This document shows, in pieces, positions 46,977 through 57,279 of a stretch of 64,000 bases of DNA. The position numbers and the translations under genes were made by a program. Source of the DNA: Acidobacteriota bacterium. Lineage in GTDB: Bacteria; Acidobacteriota; Blastocatellia; RBC074. The notes beneath the pieces are model-generated. The model saw only the letters and a list, made by a program, of their open reading frames with translations, was not told the origin of the DNA and did no database searches. Within the stretch, counting starts at the first letter, position 1; the number at the start of each line of letters is the position of its first letter. The stretch covers positions 869 to 64,868 of the forward strand of contig JACPYM010000099.1 of NCBI GenBank assembly GCA_016196035.1. Reading direction: 5' to 3'.

Positions 46977-48026
46977 ATGCCCGACAATCCCCAAAACATC
47001 CTGGTCATCCACGTTGCCGGTCTGGGCCAAACCGTCATGGCCTTGCCTGCCTTGCGCGCCTTGCGCCAACACCTGCCCACCGCGCGCATCACCGTTGCCA
47101 CCAGCACCAGTGCCGCCGGCGTGATTTGCCTGGCCCATTGCGCCGATGAAGTGTTGCCGGTCGGACGTTTGCGCGGCGGCGAAGTCCTGGCCCCGCGTTC
47201 GGCCTATCGCAGCAGCAAAACTTTGGGCGAAATCAAACGCGGCTATTACGACCTGGCCATTGAGTTGCAGCGCAACACCGAGGCGGGCGTCTTGCTCCAA
47301 CTGGCACAGGCGCGCGAACGGCTGGATCGGCGGCGCAATACGCTCAGCCACGGCCTGAGCGTGGTCATCGAACGCGCCACGCAACAACTCATCAAAGCAC
47401 CCAAACTCACGCACGACGCGCACGCCTATTTGCGCAAGCTGGAACCGCTTGGCGTCCGTCCCGTCGAAGCCGAGCCGCGTTTGACCACCGACCGCGAGGC
47501 CGATGCCCGGCTGGAACGCTTGCTCACCAAACACGGCGTGCAATCCGGCGAGTTGTTGATCGGGATTCATCCGGGCGCGGGGCGTAAGAAACCGCGCTGG
47601 GAATTCGGCCACTTCGTCAATCTGGCGGCACGGCTGCATCACAATTTCAATGCGCGGCTGCTGATCTTCTCAGGTAAGGGGGCGGGCCTCGGCGAGCGCG
47701 GGCTGGCGCGCCGTTTGGTCAGTGAATTGCCGGGCAAGAGCGCCATCGCCTTTGAAGCGCCCAAGCTGCCCGATCTGGTTTCGGCCCTGGCGCGGCTGAG
47801 TTTATTCGTCGGCAACCACAGCGGCCCGGCGCATCTGGCCGCCGCGGCGGGCGCGCCCGTCGTCGTCATTTCCCCACATCCTGAAGCGACCGCGCAGGAT
47901 GTGCTGGGGCAGCGGCAAATTCACGTGCGCGCACCGCACATTTCGATGATTACCGAAGAGGCCGTTTATCACGCCGCTTGCCAACTGCTGCAATCCAATC
48001 GTGCTTCGGTGTTGAGCGCACGTTAG
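46977..48026 (+). CDS. Glycosyltransferase family 9 (heptosyltransferase-like)
   Basis: ILVIHVAGLGQTVMALPALRALR, YDLAIELQ, IHPGAG..KPRW, GNHSGPAHLAAAAG. Confidence 0.82.
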   Translation: MPDNPQNILVIHVAGLGQTVMALPALRALRQHLPTARITVATSTSAAGVICLAHCADEVLPVGRLRGGEVLAPRSAYRSSKTLGEIKRGYYDLAIELQRNTEAGVLLQLAQARERLDRRRNTLSHGLSVVIERATQQLIKAPKLTHDAHAYLRKLEPLGVRPVEAEPRLTTDREADARLERLLTKHGVQSGELLIGIHPGAGRKKPRWEFGHFVNLAARLHHNFNARLLIFSGKGAGLGERGLARRLVSELPGKSAIAFEAPKLPDLVSALARLSLFVGNHSGPAHLAAAAGAPVVVISPHPEATAQDVLGQRQIHVRAPHISMITEEAVYHAACQLLQSNRASVLSAR

Positions 48027-48035
48027 CCTTGCCAC

Positions 48036-49994
48036 TCACTTCGTATAACTAAATTCCCACCACTCGCTTTTTGCGCCCGCGCGGCCTTGCGCATCCACCG
48101 CCCAGACGCGCCAGCGGCCCGGTTGTGCGCCCATGAAGCTAAACGTGAGTTGTGTTTCCTGGATGCCGCTGTAAAGGCTCTCGCTGCGGCCTTGATGATC
48201 GGTATTCCAACGTTGCATGAACCAATCTACTTCGACGCCATAAGCCACGGCGCCAGGTACCGGCTCCCAACTTAATACTGTTTTTCGCGGATAATGGTTG
48301 AAGACCGTTTTGGGCGCGGGCGCCAGCAATTTGGGCGCAGGCAGGCTGGCGCGTTCTTCTGCTGGCGGCTCGACATCAAAGCTGCGCAATTCAGACCACT
48401 CGCCCCATTGCCCGTTCAGCTTGGCGCGCACGCGCCAGAGCCAACCGCGCCGCAAGGCCTCTGGTACGTAGCCGGAACTAAAACTCGTAGTGAAGTTCGA
48501 ACTGCGCAAAGCGTCATTGTCAATCAATGCAAAAGTCGCACCTGGCCCGCGCACATAAAGCTGATAATCGCTGACGCCCGGACAGTCCGACCAATCGAAT
48601 TCCCAGAAATGGAAGCTGTTTTTATCGCTCCGTCCATTCATCAGACTGGCATTGGGCGCGGGCGTCAGCAACTTTGGCACGCAGGCTTGTGACGCCGCGG
48701 CGGAGTTTGTCGCTTCAAGGCCTTGCAGCGCCTGCTCAATGCCCGCGCGTAATTCAGTTTCGCGACGTGAACTGCGGTACGACTCTGCGATCTTGCCGTC
48801 GCGCGTGAGGAAAAACGTGTGCGGGATGCTGTTGTTGAGTTCAAACAAAACATCGGCGCGTTGCAGCGGATCGAGCCAAAACCGATAGCTGTAGCCTTTG
48901 GTCTTGAGAAACTGGCGTACAACGGCAGGCTCTTCAGCACTCACACCCACCACCACGACAGCTTTGTCTTTGTATTCCTGCTGCAATTTTTCCAGGTACG
49001 GCATTTCAGCCAAACACGGCCCGCACCAGGTCGCCCAAAAGTTAAGCACGACCACTTTGCCGCGCAAATCCTGCAAGCTGACCGTCTCGCCGTCCAAATC
49101 TTTCAGCGGAACGAGCGGCGCTTCTTTGCTGCGCCAGCGCGCCAAATCAAGTGCAGGCCGCTCGCCCGGCGAACGGCGCGGCTGGCCTTCACCGGGCTGT
49201 ACAAACCAATGCACTTCTCTGGCGCGGGCGGGCGGCAGAAACGCGAATTCACTGTCCGGCAGCGGCTCATTCACACGATAGTCCGTGCATTCAAAAGTGA
49301 GGCTCGACTCTGTCATTCCAATTTGGTTCGGCATGTAGCGTTTGGTGTAAAACGTTTCGCGTAACACCACGAAGCTTTGCTGCTCAATCCAATAGGTGGT
49401 CTGATACTCCTCACCTTCTTGCAACGGTTCAATCGAACGGGATTCGACCACAAAACAAAGATGCTTCTGCCCTGCCACCAGCAACGCTTCATCGGCCAGC
49501 AAGCGCGTCGTCGCGGCATTTGGATCACCGAGGCCATCATACCGATCCAAGCGCAGGCCAAGCCGTTGCCAAAGCGCGCTCCCAATCAAACTCGCGGCTT
49601 CACCCCGCCAGGGCGGTTTCAGTTCATCCAGCGAGACCGCCGCTTTGCGCACGTATTGTTGCAAAGCCGGTTTATACGCCCAGGTCAGTTTGCCATCACT
49701 GCCTGCCTGCCAAGCATCGTAAGCATCGCGCCGTTCCGCCCGCCAGATTTGCGGGCTACGCACCGCCAGCAGCAATGAAGCTTCTTGCAATGTTTCGTAG
49801 CGCCCGCCATTGTCCTTCATCTTCATGCTAGAGATCGTCCGATAGGCAAACCGATAGTTGCTGCGATTGCGATATGTCTCTGCCACCTTCCGCAGAATTT
49901 CGTTGGCCTCCGCTCGCCCGGTTTGCGCAAACGCAGGGTCACATAGCCCCCAAACAAAAAGAGTACAGAACAGGACGAGTCTGAATTGACGCAT
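48036..49994 (-). CDS. Exported TlpA-like thiol-disulfide oxidoreductase with an N-terminal LolA-like domain and two C-terminal FN3/Ig-like repeats
   Basis: GGAGG SD, signal peptide; YWIEQ...NEPLPDSEFAFLPP (LolA-like); GKVVVLNFWATWCGPC; two P.LL.P...W..V/C.G...Y...WRV.A...SE repeats. Confidence 0.8.
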   Translation of the reverse strand: MRQFRLVLFCTLFVWGLCDPAFAQTGRAEANEILRKVAETYRNRSNYRFAYRTISSMKMKDNGGRYETLQEASLLLAVRSPQIWRAERRDAYDAWQAGSDGKLTWAYKPALQQYVRKAAVSLDELKPPWRGEAASLIGSALWQRLGLRLDRYDGLGDPNAATTRLLADEALLVAGQKHLCFVVESRSIEPLQEGEEYQTTYWIEQQSFVVLRETFYTKRYMPNQIGMTESSLTFECTDYRVNEPLPDSEFAFLPPARAREVHWFVQPGEGQPRRSPGERPALDLARWRSKEAPLVPLKDLDGETVSLQDLRGKVVVLNFWATWCGPCLAEMPYLEKLQQEYKDKAVVVVGVSAEEPAVVRQFLKTKGYSYRFWLDPLQRADVLFELNNSIPHTFFLTRDGKIAESYRSSRRETELRAGIEQALQGLEATNSAAASQACVPKLLTPAPNASLMNGRSDKNSFHFWEFDWSDCPGVSDYQLYVRGPGATFALIDNDALRSSNFTTSFSSGYVPEALRRGWLWRVRAKLNGQWGEWSELRSFDVEPPAEERASLPAPKLLAPAPKTVFNHYPRKTVLSWEPVPGAVAYGVEVDWFMQRWNTDHQGRSESLYSGIQETQLTFSFMGAQPGRWRVWAVDAQGRAGAKSEWWEFSYTK

Positions 49995-50306
49995 CGGTAA
50001 GCCTCCTTGCAATGCTCGTTGCTGGGTGTTTGGATTGCGGCTGGACGCACAACCCACCTTGGTAAATGACGGCGCGATACTAACGCTACGACAGATAGAG
50101 CGCCAGCTTTGAGTTGTATGACTCAAGCTGAATCAATCGATTTTTTGCACCCGACTGTTAATCCGGCAGCGTTCTTTTCGTTGTGCAAAGCAGCGCGGCA
50201 ACTGCGTGAACACCCGCCAAACAAATGCGAACCCGCTGGCGGGCCGCGCCGTACAGGAGTCAGTACCCGCAACCATTCGCTTATCAAAGACACACAGGGG
50301 GCGCCG

Positions 50307-51551
50307 ATGCGCAGTTACGTTTCCTTTTATTTTGATGCTTTCAAGCTGGCCGTGCAGGCGATCTTCGCGCACAAGTTGCGCGCCTTCTTGACGCTGATCG
50401 GCATCATCATCGGGGTCGCTTCGGTCGTGGTCGTGGGCGCTTCGATCAATGGCTTGAATGCTTATGTACTCACAACCGTCTCGAAGATGCTGGGCGCGAA
50501 CCACTTCATGATTGCGCGCATCGCGGTCAATGGCCGCCTCTCAGAAGAAGAGTGGGAGAAGATGAATCGCCGCAACAAGCGCCTTTACCTCGACGACTTT
50601 GAATGGCTGAAGGAGCGCTGCAAGCAGTGCGCCGAGGTCGGCGTGGACATCAACACGCGCGTCAAGCTCAATTACGAAGGCCAGGAAATGCTCGGCACAC
50701 AGGCGCTGGGCGTGAGCGCCAATATGGGCGTGATCGAAAACAAGGACATCGGCGAAGGCCGCTTCATCTCAGAGAGCGAAGAAAAAAACTCCGCCCTGGT
50801 CACCGTCATCGGCGCGGATGTGCGCGATAAGTTTTTTCAGGGCGCTGACCCGGTCGGCAAAGAGTTAAAAGTCCAGGGTTGCCCGCTGCGCATCGTCGGC
50901 GTCGAAACGCGGCGCGGCTCCATGTTCGGCAGTTCGCTCGACAACAATCTGTACATGCCCATCACCACCTTCGGCCATATTTTTGGCCGCCGCCAGAGCA
51001 TCCGCTTGCACGGCAGCGCCACCCAGCAAGAGCAATTCAACGCCGCGATGGATGAAGCCCGCCAGGTCATGCGCAATCGTCACAAACTGGTCGGCAACGA
51101 AGAAGACGATTTCGGCCTGGTCAACACCGGGGACATCAAGAATCAGGTGGATCAATTCACCGGCACGATCGCGCTGGTCGTCACGCCCGTGACGCTGCTG
51201 TCGTTGCTGGTCGGCGGCATCGTCGTGATGAACATCATGCTGGTCAGCGTCACCGAGAGAACCTTCGAGATCGGCTTGCGCAAGGCCGTGGGTGCGCGGC
51301 GCGGCCAGATTCTGCTGCAATTCATGATCGAATCGGCGCTGCTCTCTTCGGTCGGCGGAATGCTGGGCTTGCTGCTAGCGTCGGCGATTGCGTGGGCCGT
51401 CAAGCTGAACACGCCGATCCCGATGGTGGTGACGGCGGGTTACATCTTGCTGGCGCTGGCGGTCTCCGGCGGCATCGGCATGATCGCGGGCATATATCCG
51501 GCCTTCAAAGCCTCGCGGCTCGATCCTATCGTGGCGTTATCGAAAAGTTGA
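50307..51551 (+). CDS. ABC transporter permease, MacB/FtsX-like
   Basis: [54 protein letters not shown]. Confidence 0.93.
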   Translation: MRSYVSFYFDAFKLAVQAIFAHKLRAFLTLIGIIIGVASVVVVGASINGLNAYVLTTVSKMLGANHFMIARIAVNGRLSEEEWEKMNRRNKRLYLDDFEWLKERCKQCAEVGVDINTRVKLNYEGQEMLGTQALGVSANMGVIENKDIGEGRFISESEEKNSALVTVIGADVRDKFFQGADPVGKELKVQGCPLRIVGVETRRGSMFGSSLDNNLYMPITTFGHIFGRRQSIRLHGSATQQEQFNAAMDEARQVMRNRHKLVGNEEDDFGLVNTGDIKNQVDQFTGTIALVVTPVTLLSLLVGGIVVMNIMLVSVTERTFEIGLRKAVGARRGQILLQFMIESALLSSVGGMLGLLLASAIAWAVKLNTPIPMVVTAGYILLALAVSGGIGMIAGIYPAFKASRLDPIVALSKS

Positions 51552-51564
51552 AAAACTGTGAAGA

Positions 51565-51778
51565 GAGATTACGGAACAGACGGAAATAACGGAACAGACG
51601 GAAGCTCGAACCACACAAATGAAACATGGTTTTCACCACGAAGAAACGAAGGACACGAAGAAGAGCGGGAGTTTGCCGAAACCGTTTCGCGCGCTTCGTT
51701 ACTTCGTGGTTGTAACAGAGCCAATGCCCTGCTTAGCGGTTCCGTCTGTTCCGTTATTTCCGTCTGTTCCGTAATCTC
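51565..51778. repeat. 39-bp perfect inverted repeat made of 9-nt ACGGAA-containing units, enclosing a family F-like inner pair
   Basis: GAGATTACGGAACAGACGGAAATAACGGAACAGACGGAA and its exact reverse complement at 51740-51778; inner ACCACGAAG...CTTCGTGGT at 51635-51710. Confidence 0.9.
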
Positions 51779-51804
51779 GTTCTCCCTGCTGAAAGGCAAA
51801 GAGC

Positions 51805-53112
51805 ATGCAAAAAGAACTCGAAATTCCATTGCCTATGTCACGCAAGCCCGCCCGGATTTGGCGCATCCTGCATTGGCTGCCGCTGGATACGATCAGGATG
51901 GCGCTGGATACGGTGCGCTCGAATAAGTTCCGCAGCTTCCTGACCGTGCTCGGCATCGTGATCGGGGTGACGGTGGTGATTGCGGTCGCTTCGATCCTGA
52001 CGGGCATGCGCCGCAGCATCATCAACATGGTCGAAGAGTACGGCACGAATAACATCTATGCCTTTCACCTCTCGACCGGCCCGCAGGTGGGCGACCGTGA
52101 CCGCGCCGAGTATTACCGCAAGCCGCTCACCCCCGAAGACGCCGACGCCATCCGCGCGCAGGCCGACGCCGTCGAAGCCGTCGCCAATGCGGGTTTTCTT
52201 TGGATGGTTGACCGGACGATCAAATACAACGGCGTCTCGTACAAACAAGGCGACCTGCAAGGCGTTTCCTCTCAATACGAGCGCGTCGCCAACATCAGTC
52301 TGACCGAAGGCCGTTTCATCAGCCCGGTGGATGACGAACATCGCCGCAACGTCATGGTCGTGGGCGTGAATGCCGCCGAAGCGCTCTTCCCCCATCAAAG
52401 CACTATCGCGGGCCGCACGGTCGCCTGGCTGGGCAAGGAATTTGAAGTCATCGGCGTGCTGGAAAAGCGCAAGTCCGGTTTCTTTGGCGAAAACGAAGAG
52501 GACAACGCCGTCTTCGTTCCCTTTGAGACCGCGCGCAAACTGGCCCCGCGCAGCGAATGGATGATGATGAACATCCGCGCCAAATCGGGCCGCCTGGCCG
52601 ATGCCTACGATCAAGTCGAACAAATTCTGCGGCGACAGCGCGGTTTGAAATTCAACGAGCCGAACAATTTCGACCTCAATACCGCCGACCGCATCGTCAA
52701 ACAATTCGACAGCATCACCGCCGCCATCGGTATCTTTGCCATCGCCATTTCCGCCGTCGGGCTGCTGGTCGGCGGCATCGGCGTAATGAACATCATGCTG
52801 GTCAGCGTCACCGAACGCACCCGCGAAATCGGCGTGCGCAAAGCCCTCGGCGCCACCCGCCGCGACATCGTGCGCCAGTTCCTGTTTGAAGCCATGACAC
52901 TGACGTTTTTGGGCGGCCTGCTCGGCGTGTTGCTGGCAATTGGCGTCAGTTACATTTTGATGTGGGCGGTGCCCGCGATTCCGGCGACGATTCCGCTCTG
53001 GGCCGTCGGGACAGGCGTCTCGGTTTCGATTCTGGTGGGCTTGATTTTCGGCGTGTGGCCGGCGCGCAAGGCTTCGCGGCTCGATCCGATTGAGTGTTTA
53101 CGCTATGAATAA
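51805..53112 (+). CDS. ABC transporter permease, MacB/FtsX-like (second paralog)
   Basis: [60 protein letters not shown]. Confidence 0.93.
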   Translation: MQKELEIPLPMSRKPARIWRILHWLPLDTIRMALDTVRSNKFRSFLTVLGIVIGVTVVIAVASILTGMRRSIINMVEEYGTNNIYAFHLSTGPQVGDRDRAEYYRKPLTPEDADAIRAQADAVEAVANAGFLWMVDRTIKYNGVSYKQGDLQGVSSQYERVANISLTEGRFISPVDDEHRRNVMVVGVNAAEALFPHQSTIAGRTVAWLGKEFEVIGVLEKRKSGFFGENEEDNAVFVPFETARKLAPRSEWMMMNIRAKSGRLADAYDQVEQILRRQRGLKFNEPNNFDLNTADRIVKQFDSITAAIGIFAIAISAVGLLVGGIGVMNIMLVSVTERTREIGVRKALGATRRDIVRQFLFEAMTLTFLGGLLGVLLAIGVSYILMWAVPAIPATIPLWAVGTGVSVSILVGLIFGVWPARKASRLDPIECLRYE

Positions 53113-53190
53113 AGGCAGGCGCATTGCTTGACGACTTGCCGGTGTCCTCCGCGGTTTTCCTTTTCTTGCGTGGTACCGCGACTTGCCGGG

Positions 53191-53847
53191 TTAGCAGTCG
53201 AAACTTCCATAACGCTCCAGACACTTGCGCAACGAAACCATGCCCGTGCGAATGCGCGTTTTGACCGTCCCCAGCGGCAGCGCGAAACGTTCGGCCAATT
53301 CGCTGTGGCTCAAGCCTTCGAAATAAGCCGTCTCGATCAACAGGCGTTGTTCGGGCGTGAGTTGCGTGAGCGCCTGCCGGACAAGCTTGGAACGTTCGTT
53401 GAGCAGGCTGTTGGCTTCCGGCGAATCTGTCACGGCAGCGACGGTCAGGCTGACGGTTTCGAGGTCATCGCTTTCGCGCAGTTGCCCCGCCGAAGCGCGC
53501 CAACGGTCGAGCGCCCGGCTGCGCGTGATCGTCATCAGCCACCCCCACACCGAACCGCGCGCCGTGTCATAACTCGCAGCCTGCCGCCACACTTGCAAAT
53601 AAACGTCGAGCAACACTTCTTCCGCCGTCGCCGGATTTTTGAGCATCCGCAACAACAACCCATAAACCTGCCGCTGCGTCGCATCATAAAGTTTCGTAAA
53701 AGCCGCCTGATCGCCCGCCGCGCTGGCTGCCATCCATTGACCCAATTGTTTTTGCAGCGCAGCCGTTTCCGTCTTAGCGTTCGCGCGCCGCGCCGCGCCG
53801 GTAAGAGCCGCGCCAGCACGGGCAGGTTGTGGGGTAGAAAGTTGCAT
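53191..53847 (-). CDS. ECF sigma-70 factor (SigK-like)
   Basis: AGGAGA SD; GDQAAFTKLYD, AEEVLLDVYLQVW, WLMTITRSRALD, AYFEGLSHSELAE..LPLGTVKTRIR. Confidence 0.92.
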   Translation of the reverse strand: MQLSTPQPARAGAALTGAARRANAKTETAALQKQLGQWMAASAAGDQAAFTKLYDATQRQVYGLLLRMLKNPATAEEVLLDVYLQVWRQAASYDTARGSVWGWLMTITRSRALDRWRASAGQLRESDDLETVSLTVAAVTDSPEANSLLNERSKLVRQALTQLTPEQRLLIETAYFEGLSHSELAERFALPLGTVKTRIRTGMVSLRKCLERYGSFDC

Positions 53848-53862
53848 GATATCTCTCCTGCG

Positions 53863-54078
53863 TTAATCATCTGGTTCGGTTTCGCTCGCTGGCGCGATGT
53901 CAGCCACGGGGGTGACTTGCCGACTAATTTGTGTGATCCGTTCAAGGGCGGCGGCGGGCGTCAGCGCGCGCCAGTGTTCGCCGGTCTGAATATGTTCGAC
54001 ATCGAAGACGACCCGCTCGGCTGGCCCTGCTTCACGAATCACCCAACAACGCACCAAAAATGAACTGTACAGTTTCAT
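53863..54078 (-). CDS. Small hypothetical protein (71 aa; SFLVRCW...VEHIQTGE motif)
   Basis: Co-oriented, ends 15 nt before the ECF start; globular-looking sequence. Confidence 0.7.
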   Translation of the reverse strand: MKLYSSFLVRCWVIREAGPAERVVFDVEHIQTGEHWRALTPAAALERITQISRQVTPVADIAPASETEPDD

Positions 54079-54132
54079 TGCTTCGTCTCGCTTGCTCAGT
54101 GACACGTCATTCCCGAACATGTCAGCGTAGGC

Positions 54133-54210
54133 AAGTTACACAGGTCGGCTTCCCCGGTTGTTCCCGCACGCTCCAATGGCGCTTCCAGCCAGCTTCCAAA
54201 TGAGTTCCAA
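54133..54210 (-). promoter_or_regulatory. 11-bp-phased direct-repeat array plus extended -10: putative SARP-activated promoter
   Basis: TTCC at 54150, 54161, 54183, 54194, 54205 (degenerate CTCCA at 54171); minus-strand TGTG-TAACTT at 54133-54142. Confidence 0.6.
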
Positions 54211-54341
54211 CCCTGAAGGCATTTGAGCCGGCACGGTTTAACGGCAAGCTGCACGCAAAATAATTCTTTCTGTAAATTTGAGAATTCCCCGGCTAAGGCG
54301 CGCTATACAAGATGATAGGGGTCAAGAGGAGACAACAGCTT

Positions 54342-56699
54342 TCAATTCAACCCAAGGCGTTGGAGGAGCGCTTGAAAGCGCGGTTCGTTGCGCAACGGAT
54401 CGAACTTGGGTTCGACCGCCAACAGCACGAGTGCGTCGGCGTGCTCTTCGACGGCTTTGGCGAGCAGGTCGAACGCGCGTTCTTTTTCGCCCAAGCCGAC
54501 GGCCAGGATGGCGAGGTAATAAGCCGATACATAGCGTTGCTGGCCGAGCGTTTGCAGCTTGTTGGCCACCGCCAGCGCCTCTGCACGATTGCCCGCCGTA
54601 GCCAATCCGTGGCCCAAATAGGTGAGCGTCGCAGGCGTTTCGTCTATTTGTGCGGCGCGCCGGAATTCAACTAGCGCCTGCGCGCGGTCGCCTTTCTGTT
54701 CGTAAGCCCAGCCGAGGAAGAAGTGCGCGAAGGCAAAATTTTGATCAAGTTCGAGCGTGCGTTTGAGCTGGTCAATCGCCTCGTCATAACGCCGCGCGAA
54801 ATAAGGCAGCAAGCCTAGATTGGCGTTGATGATGAGCGAAAGCGGATCGAGTTGCTGAGCCTGTTTGAGTTCGACCAGGGCTTCGGCATTGCGCTGGCGA
54901 TACGCCAGCAACAGTCCGTACCACTGGTGCGCCGAAGCGTAATTGCCATCCAGCGCAATCGCGCGTTTGAACGAACGCTCGGCTTCGGCGTAATTCCAAT
55001 CGTAGCGCCATTGCACGATGCCCAGCGAAGCGTGCGCGGCGGCGAGTTGATCGTCGAGCGCCAACGCTTTTTCCACGGCTGCGCGCGCGCGCGGAATGGC
55101 TTCGCTCGGCGGGCGTTCCAACCCCGACAACGTATGCCAGGCATCGGCCAGCCCGACGTAAGCCAACGCGAACTGGGGATCGAGTTGGATGGCCCTGTCG
55201 AATTCCTCAACCGCGCGTTTGGTTTCCGGGATGGTGCGGCGGTTCCAATGATAGCGACCTTTCAGATAAGCCTGCCACGCTTCGTTGCTGTGCGTCGCCC
55301 GCGTTTCGCTGCGGGTGCGCTCTTCGTCGGTCAGACGCTGGCGCAACTTGCCCGTGATGTCGCGCGTGATGAGCGTTTGCAACGCCAGCAATTCCGCCGG
55401 GCGGCCTTTGTAACTATCGCCCCACAATTGCGCGCCGTTTTTTGCGTCAATCAGATCGGCCTGAATTTGCAACTCATCGCCGCGTTGCTGCACGCGCCCG
55501 GTCAGAATGGCTTGCACCTGCAACTGTTGCCCCAACGTTTGCGGATCGAATTCGCGCCCCTTGAACCGAAAGGCCGTGGTGCGCGCCAACACCCGCAAGC
55601 CCGGCAAGCGCGACAGATTGTTGATGAGGCTTTCCGTGATGCCGTCGCTGACATATTCATCACCGCCACTGTTGGTGAAGGGCAGCACGGCGAGGGCTTC
55701 GATTTGCGTGCTTGCGGGCCGCAGCCAATACCGCCACGCGCCGAACGCAGCCACGCACAAGACAATTGCGCCAACCACAGCGTAAAGCCTACGCCGCGCT
55801 TTAACCGGTGCCGCGACGGTTTCCGCGGCAACTGGCGCTTCAGCCAATAGCACCGGAGCCAGCGCCGGAGCCAGCGCCGCCGCGCTGAAATCACCGCTCG
55901 CGCGCGGCCCGCTTGCCAACGCAGCGCCTGTGAATTGCCCCGCCACAATCTGTTCGTACAACGCCGTCGTGGCCGGTTCCGGTTCGGCGTCGAGTTCCCT
56001 GCGCACGGCTTCGCGGCAGCGTTGGTATTGTTCGATGGCCTGATGGCGGCTGCCGCTGCGTGCGTAAAGCTCCATCAGGCGGCGCTGCGCTTCTTCGTTG
56101 GCGGCGTTAAAGCCGAGCAGCCGTTGCCACTGTTCGATGCTTTGGGCCGTTTGTCCGCCGCTTTCGTAAAGTTGCGCCAGATGTTCGAGCAAGCGTTGCG
56201 CCAGCCGCCGCAACTGTTCGCGCCGCGCCACGGCCCAGTCTTCGTACCGGTCTTCTTCGAGCAAATCGCCCGCATAAAGCGCCAAGGCCGTCTCGCACGC
56301 GCCGCTGTCAGCCCCTTTCAACGCCGCCGCCGCCTGTTGCTCAAAGGCTTCGACATCAATCCACAAGGCGCCGTGCAACTGCACGTGCTGCTCGTAAGTT
56401 TGCAGGAAGCGCGATTGCGCGCCGCTTTTCAGATCGGGTTCGAGCGCGCGCCGCGCCGCGTGCAAGGCTTTGTTCAGATTATTGGCGGCCAGTTCGGGTT
56501 CGAGTTCAGGCCAGAGGGCTTCCATCAATTGCTCGCGGTGCAACTGATGCTGCGGGGCGAGCGCCAGCAATTTGAGCAGGGCTTTGGCCTTGCGCCGCAT
56601 CCAATGCCGTTCGGCCACCACCGTGCCGTTCACGGCGATGCTGGCCGCGCCGAGCAGCCGCAGTTCGAGTTTGTCAGGCGTTTGGGGAGTTGAATTCAT
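54342..56699 (-). CDS. SARP/BTAD transcriptional activator with a TM helix, TolB-N-like domain and TPR repeats
   Basis: LRLLG, KALLKLLALAP..LHREQLMEALWP, WIDVEAFE, ALALYAGDLL, EEAQRRLMELYARSG, ELDAEP; TM LYAVVGAIVLCVAAFGAW; LAVLPF, YVSDGITESLIN; TPRs. Confidence 0.88.
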   Translation of the reverse strand: MNSTPQTPDKLELRLLGAASIAVNGTVVAERHWMRRKAKALLKLLALAPQHQLHREQLMEALWPELEPELAANNLNKALHAARRALEPDLKSGAQSRFLQTYEQHVQLHGALWIDVEAFEQQAAAALKGADSGACETALALYAGDLLEEDRYEDWAVARREQLRRLAQRLLEHLAQLYESGGQTAQSIEQWQRLLGFNAANEEAQRRLMELYARSGSRHQAIEQYQRCREAVRRELDAEPEPATTALYEQIVAGQFTGAALASGPRASGDFSAAALAPALAPVLLAEAPVAAETVAAPVKARRRLYAVVGAIVLCVAAFGAWRYWLRPASTQIEALAVLPFTNSGGDEYVSDGITESLINNLSRLPGLRVLARTTAFRFKGREFDPQTLGQQLQVQAILTGRVQQRGDELQIQADLIDAKNGAQLWGDSYKGRPAELLALQTLITRDITGKLRQRLTDEERTRSETRATHSNEAWQAYLKGRYHWNRRTIPETKRAVEEFDRAIQLDPQFALAYVGLADAWHTLSGLERPPSEAIPRARAAVEKALALDDQLAAAHASLGIVQWRYDWNYAEAERSFKRAIALDGNYASAHQWYGLLLAYRQRNAEALVELKQAQQLDPLSLIINANLGLLPYFARRYDEAIDQLKRTLELDQNFAFAHFFLGWAYEQKGDRAQALVEFRRAAQIDETPATLTYLGHGLATAGNRAEALAVANKLQTLGQQRYVSAYYLAILAVGLGEKERAFDLLAKAVEEHADALVLLAVEPKFDPLRNEPRFQALLQRLGLN

Positions 56700-57279
56700 C
56701 GCGCGGAAACGCTTTGCCTGTAAACGCGAAGCCCTGGTTTTTCGCCTCGGGCGTTGCCCAAAACTCAGTTGAGCTTCAGTCTGGACAGCGCGGCCAACCG
56801 GCTACTTGTTAATTGAAATTCAGCGCTTTTGCGGCAGTCACGCTGACACGTTGCCAGCGCGGCTGCCGGGGGAGGTGCCTACTTTACGCATGAGTCGCTC
56901 AGCTTCCAAACGGCTGGCCGCAACCCGGCGCTGCCGTTGGGCGGAATTCGCCCAACGGTTGACGTTGCGTGTCCTTTTTTGGAGAAGCGAATTTGGATTC
57001 CGGCTGCGGCTCAGCGCCGCCAAAAGAGCTTGGCCAACCAAAATGGCGCAGAAGCACCGGCTCCTACGCCATTGAAAATTTCTCTAGCTTGTTTGCGTTC
57101 ACTTACGACAACGCGATGTCGAACTGCTCCCGCTGCACTCCCGACGCGCGCTTGATCGAAACGCCGCCGCCGTCGAGGTACGTCTCAATCTCCCGCAAGA
57201 CGTCACGTTCGGATAAGCGCCAGGCATTGGTGACAGCGCAGACACGCAAAGAACACGCCGCCCGGTAACACACCGCTAC

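Noticed and set aside
51558..51926. ORFs with repeated GTDGNN or TEQTEI peptides
   Set aside because: They are translations of the 39-bp inverted repeat element
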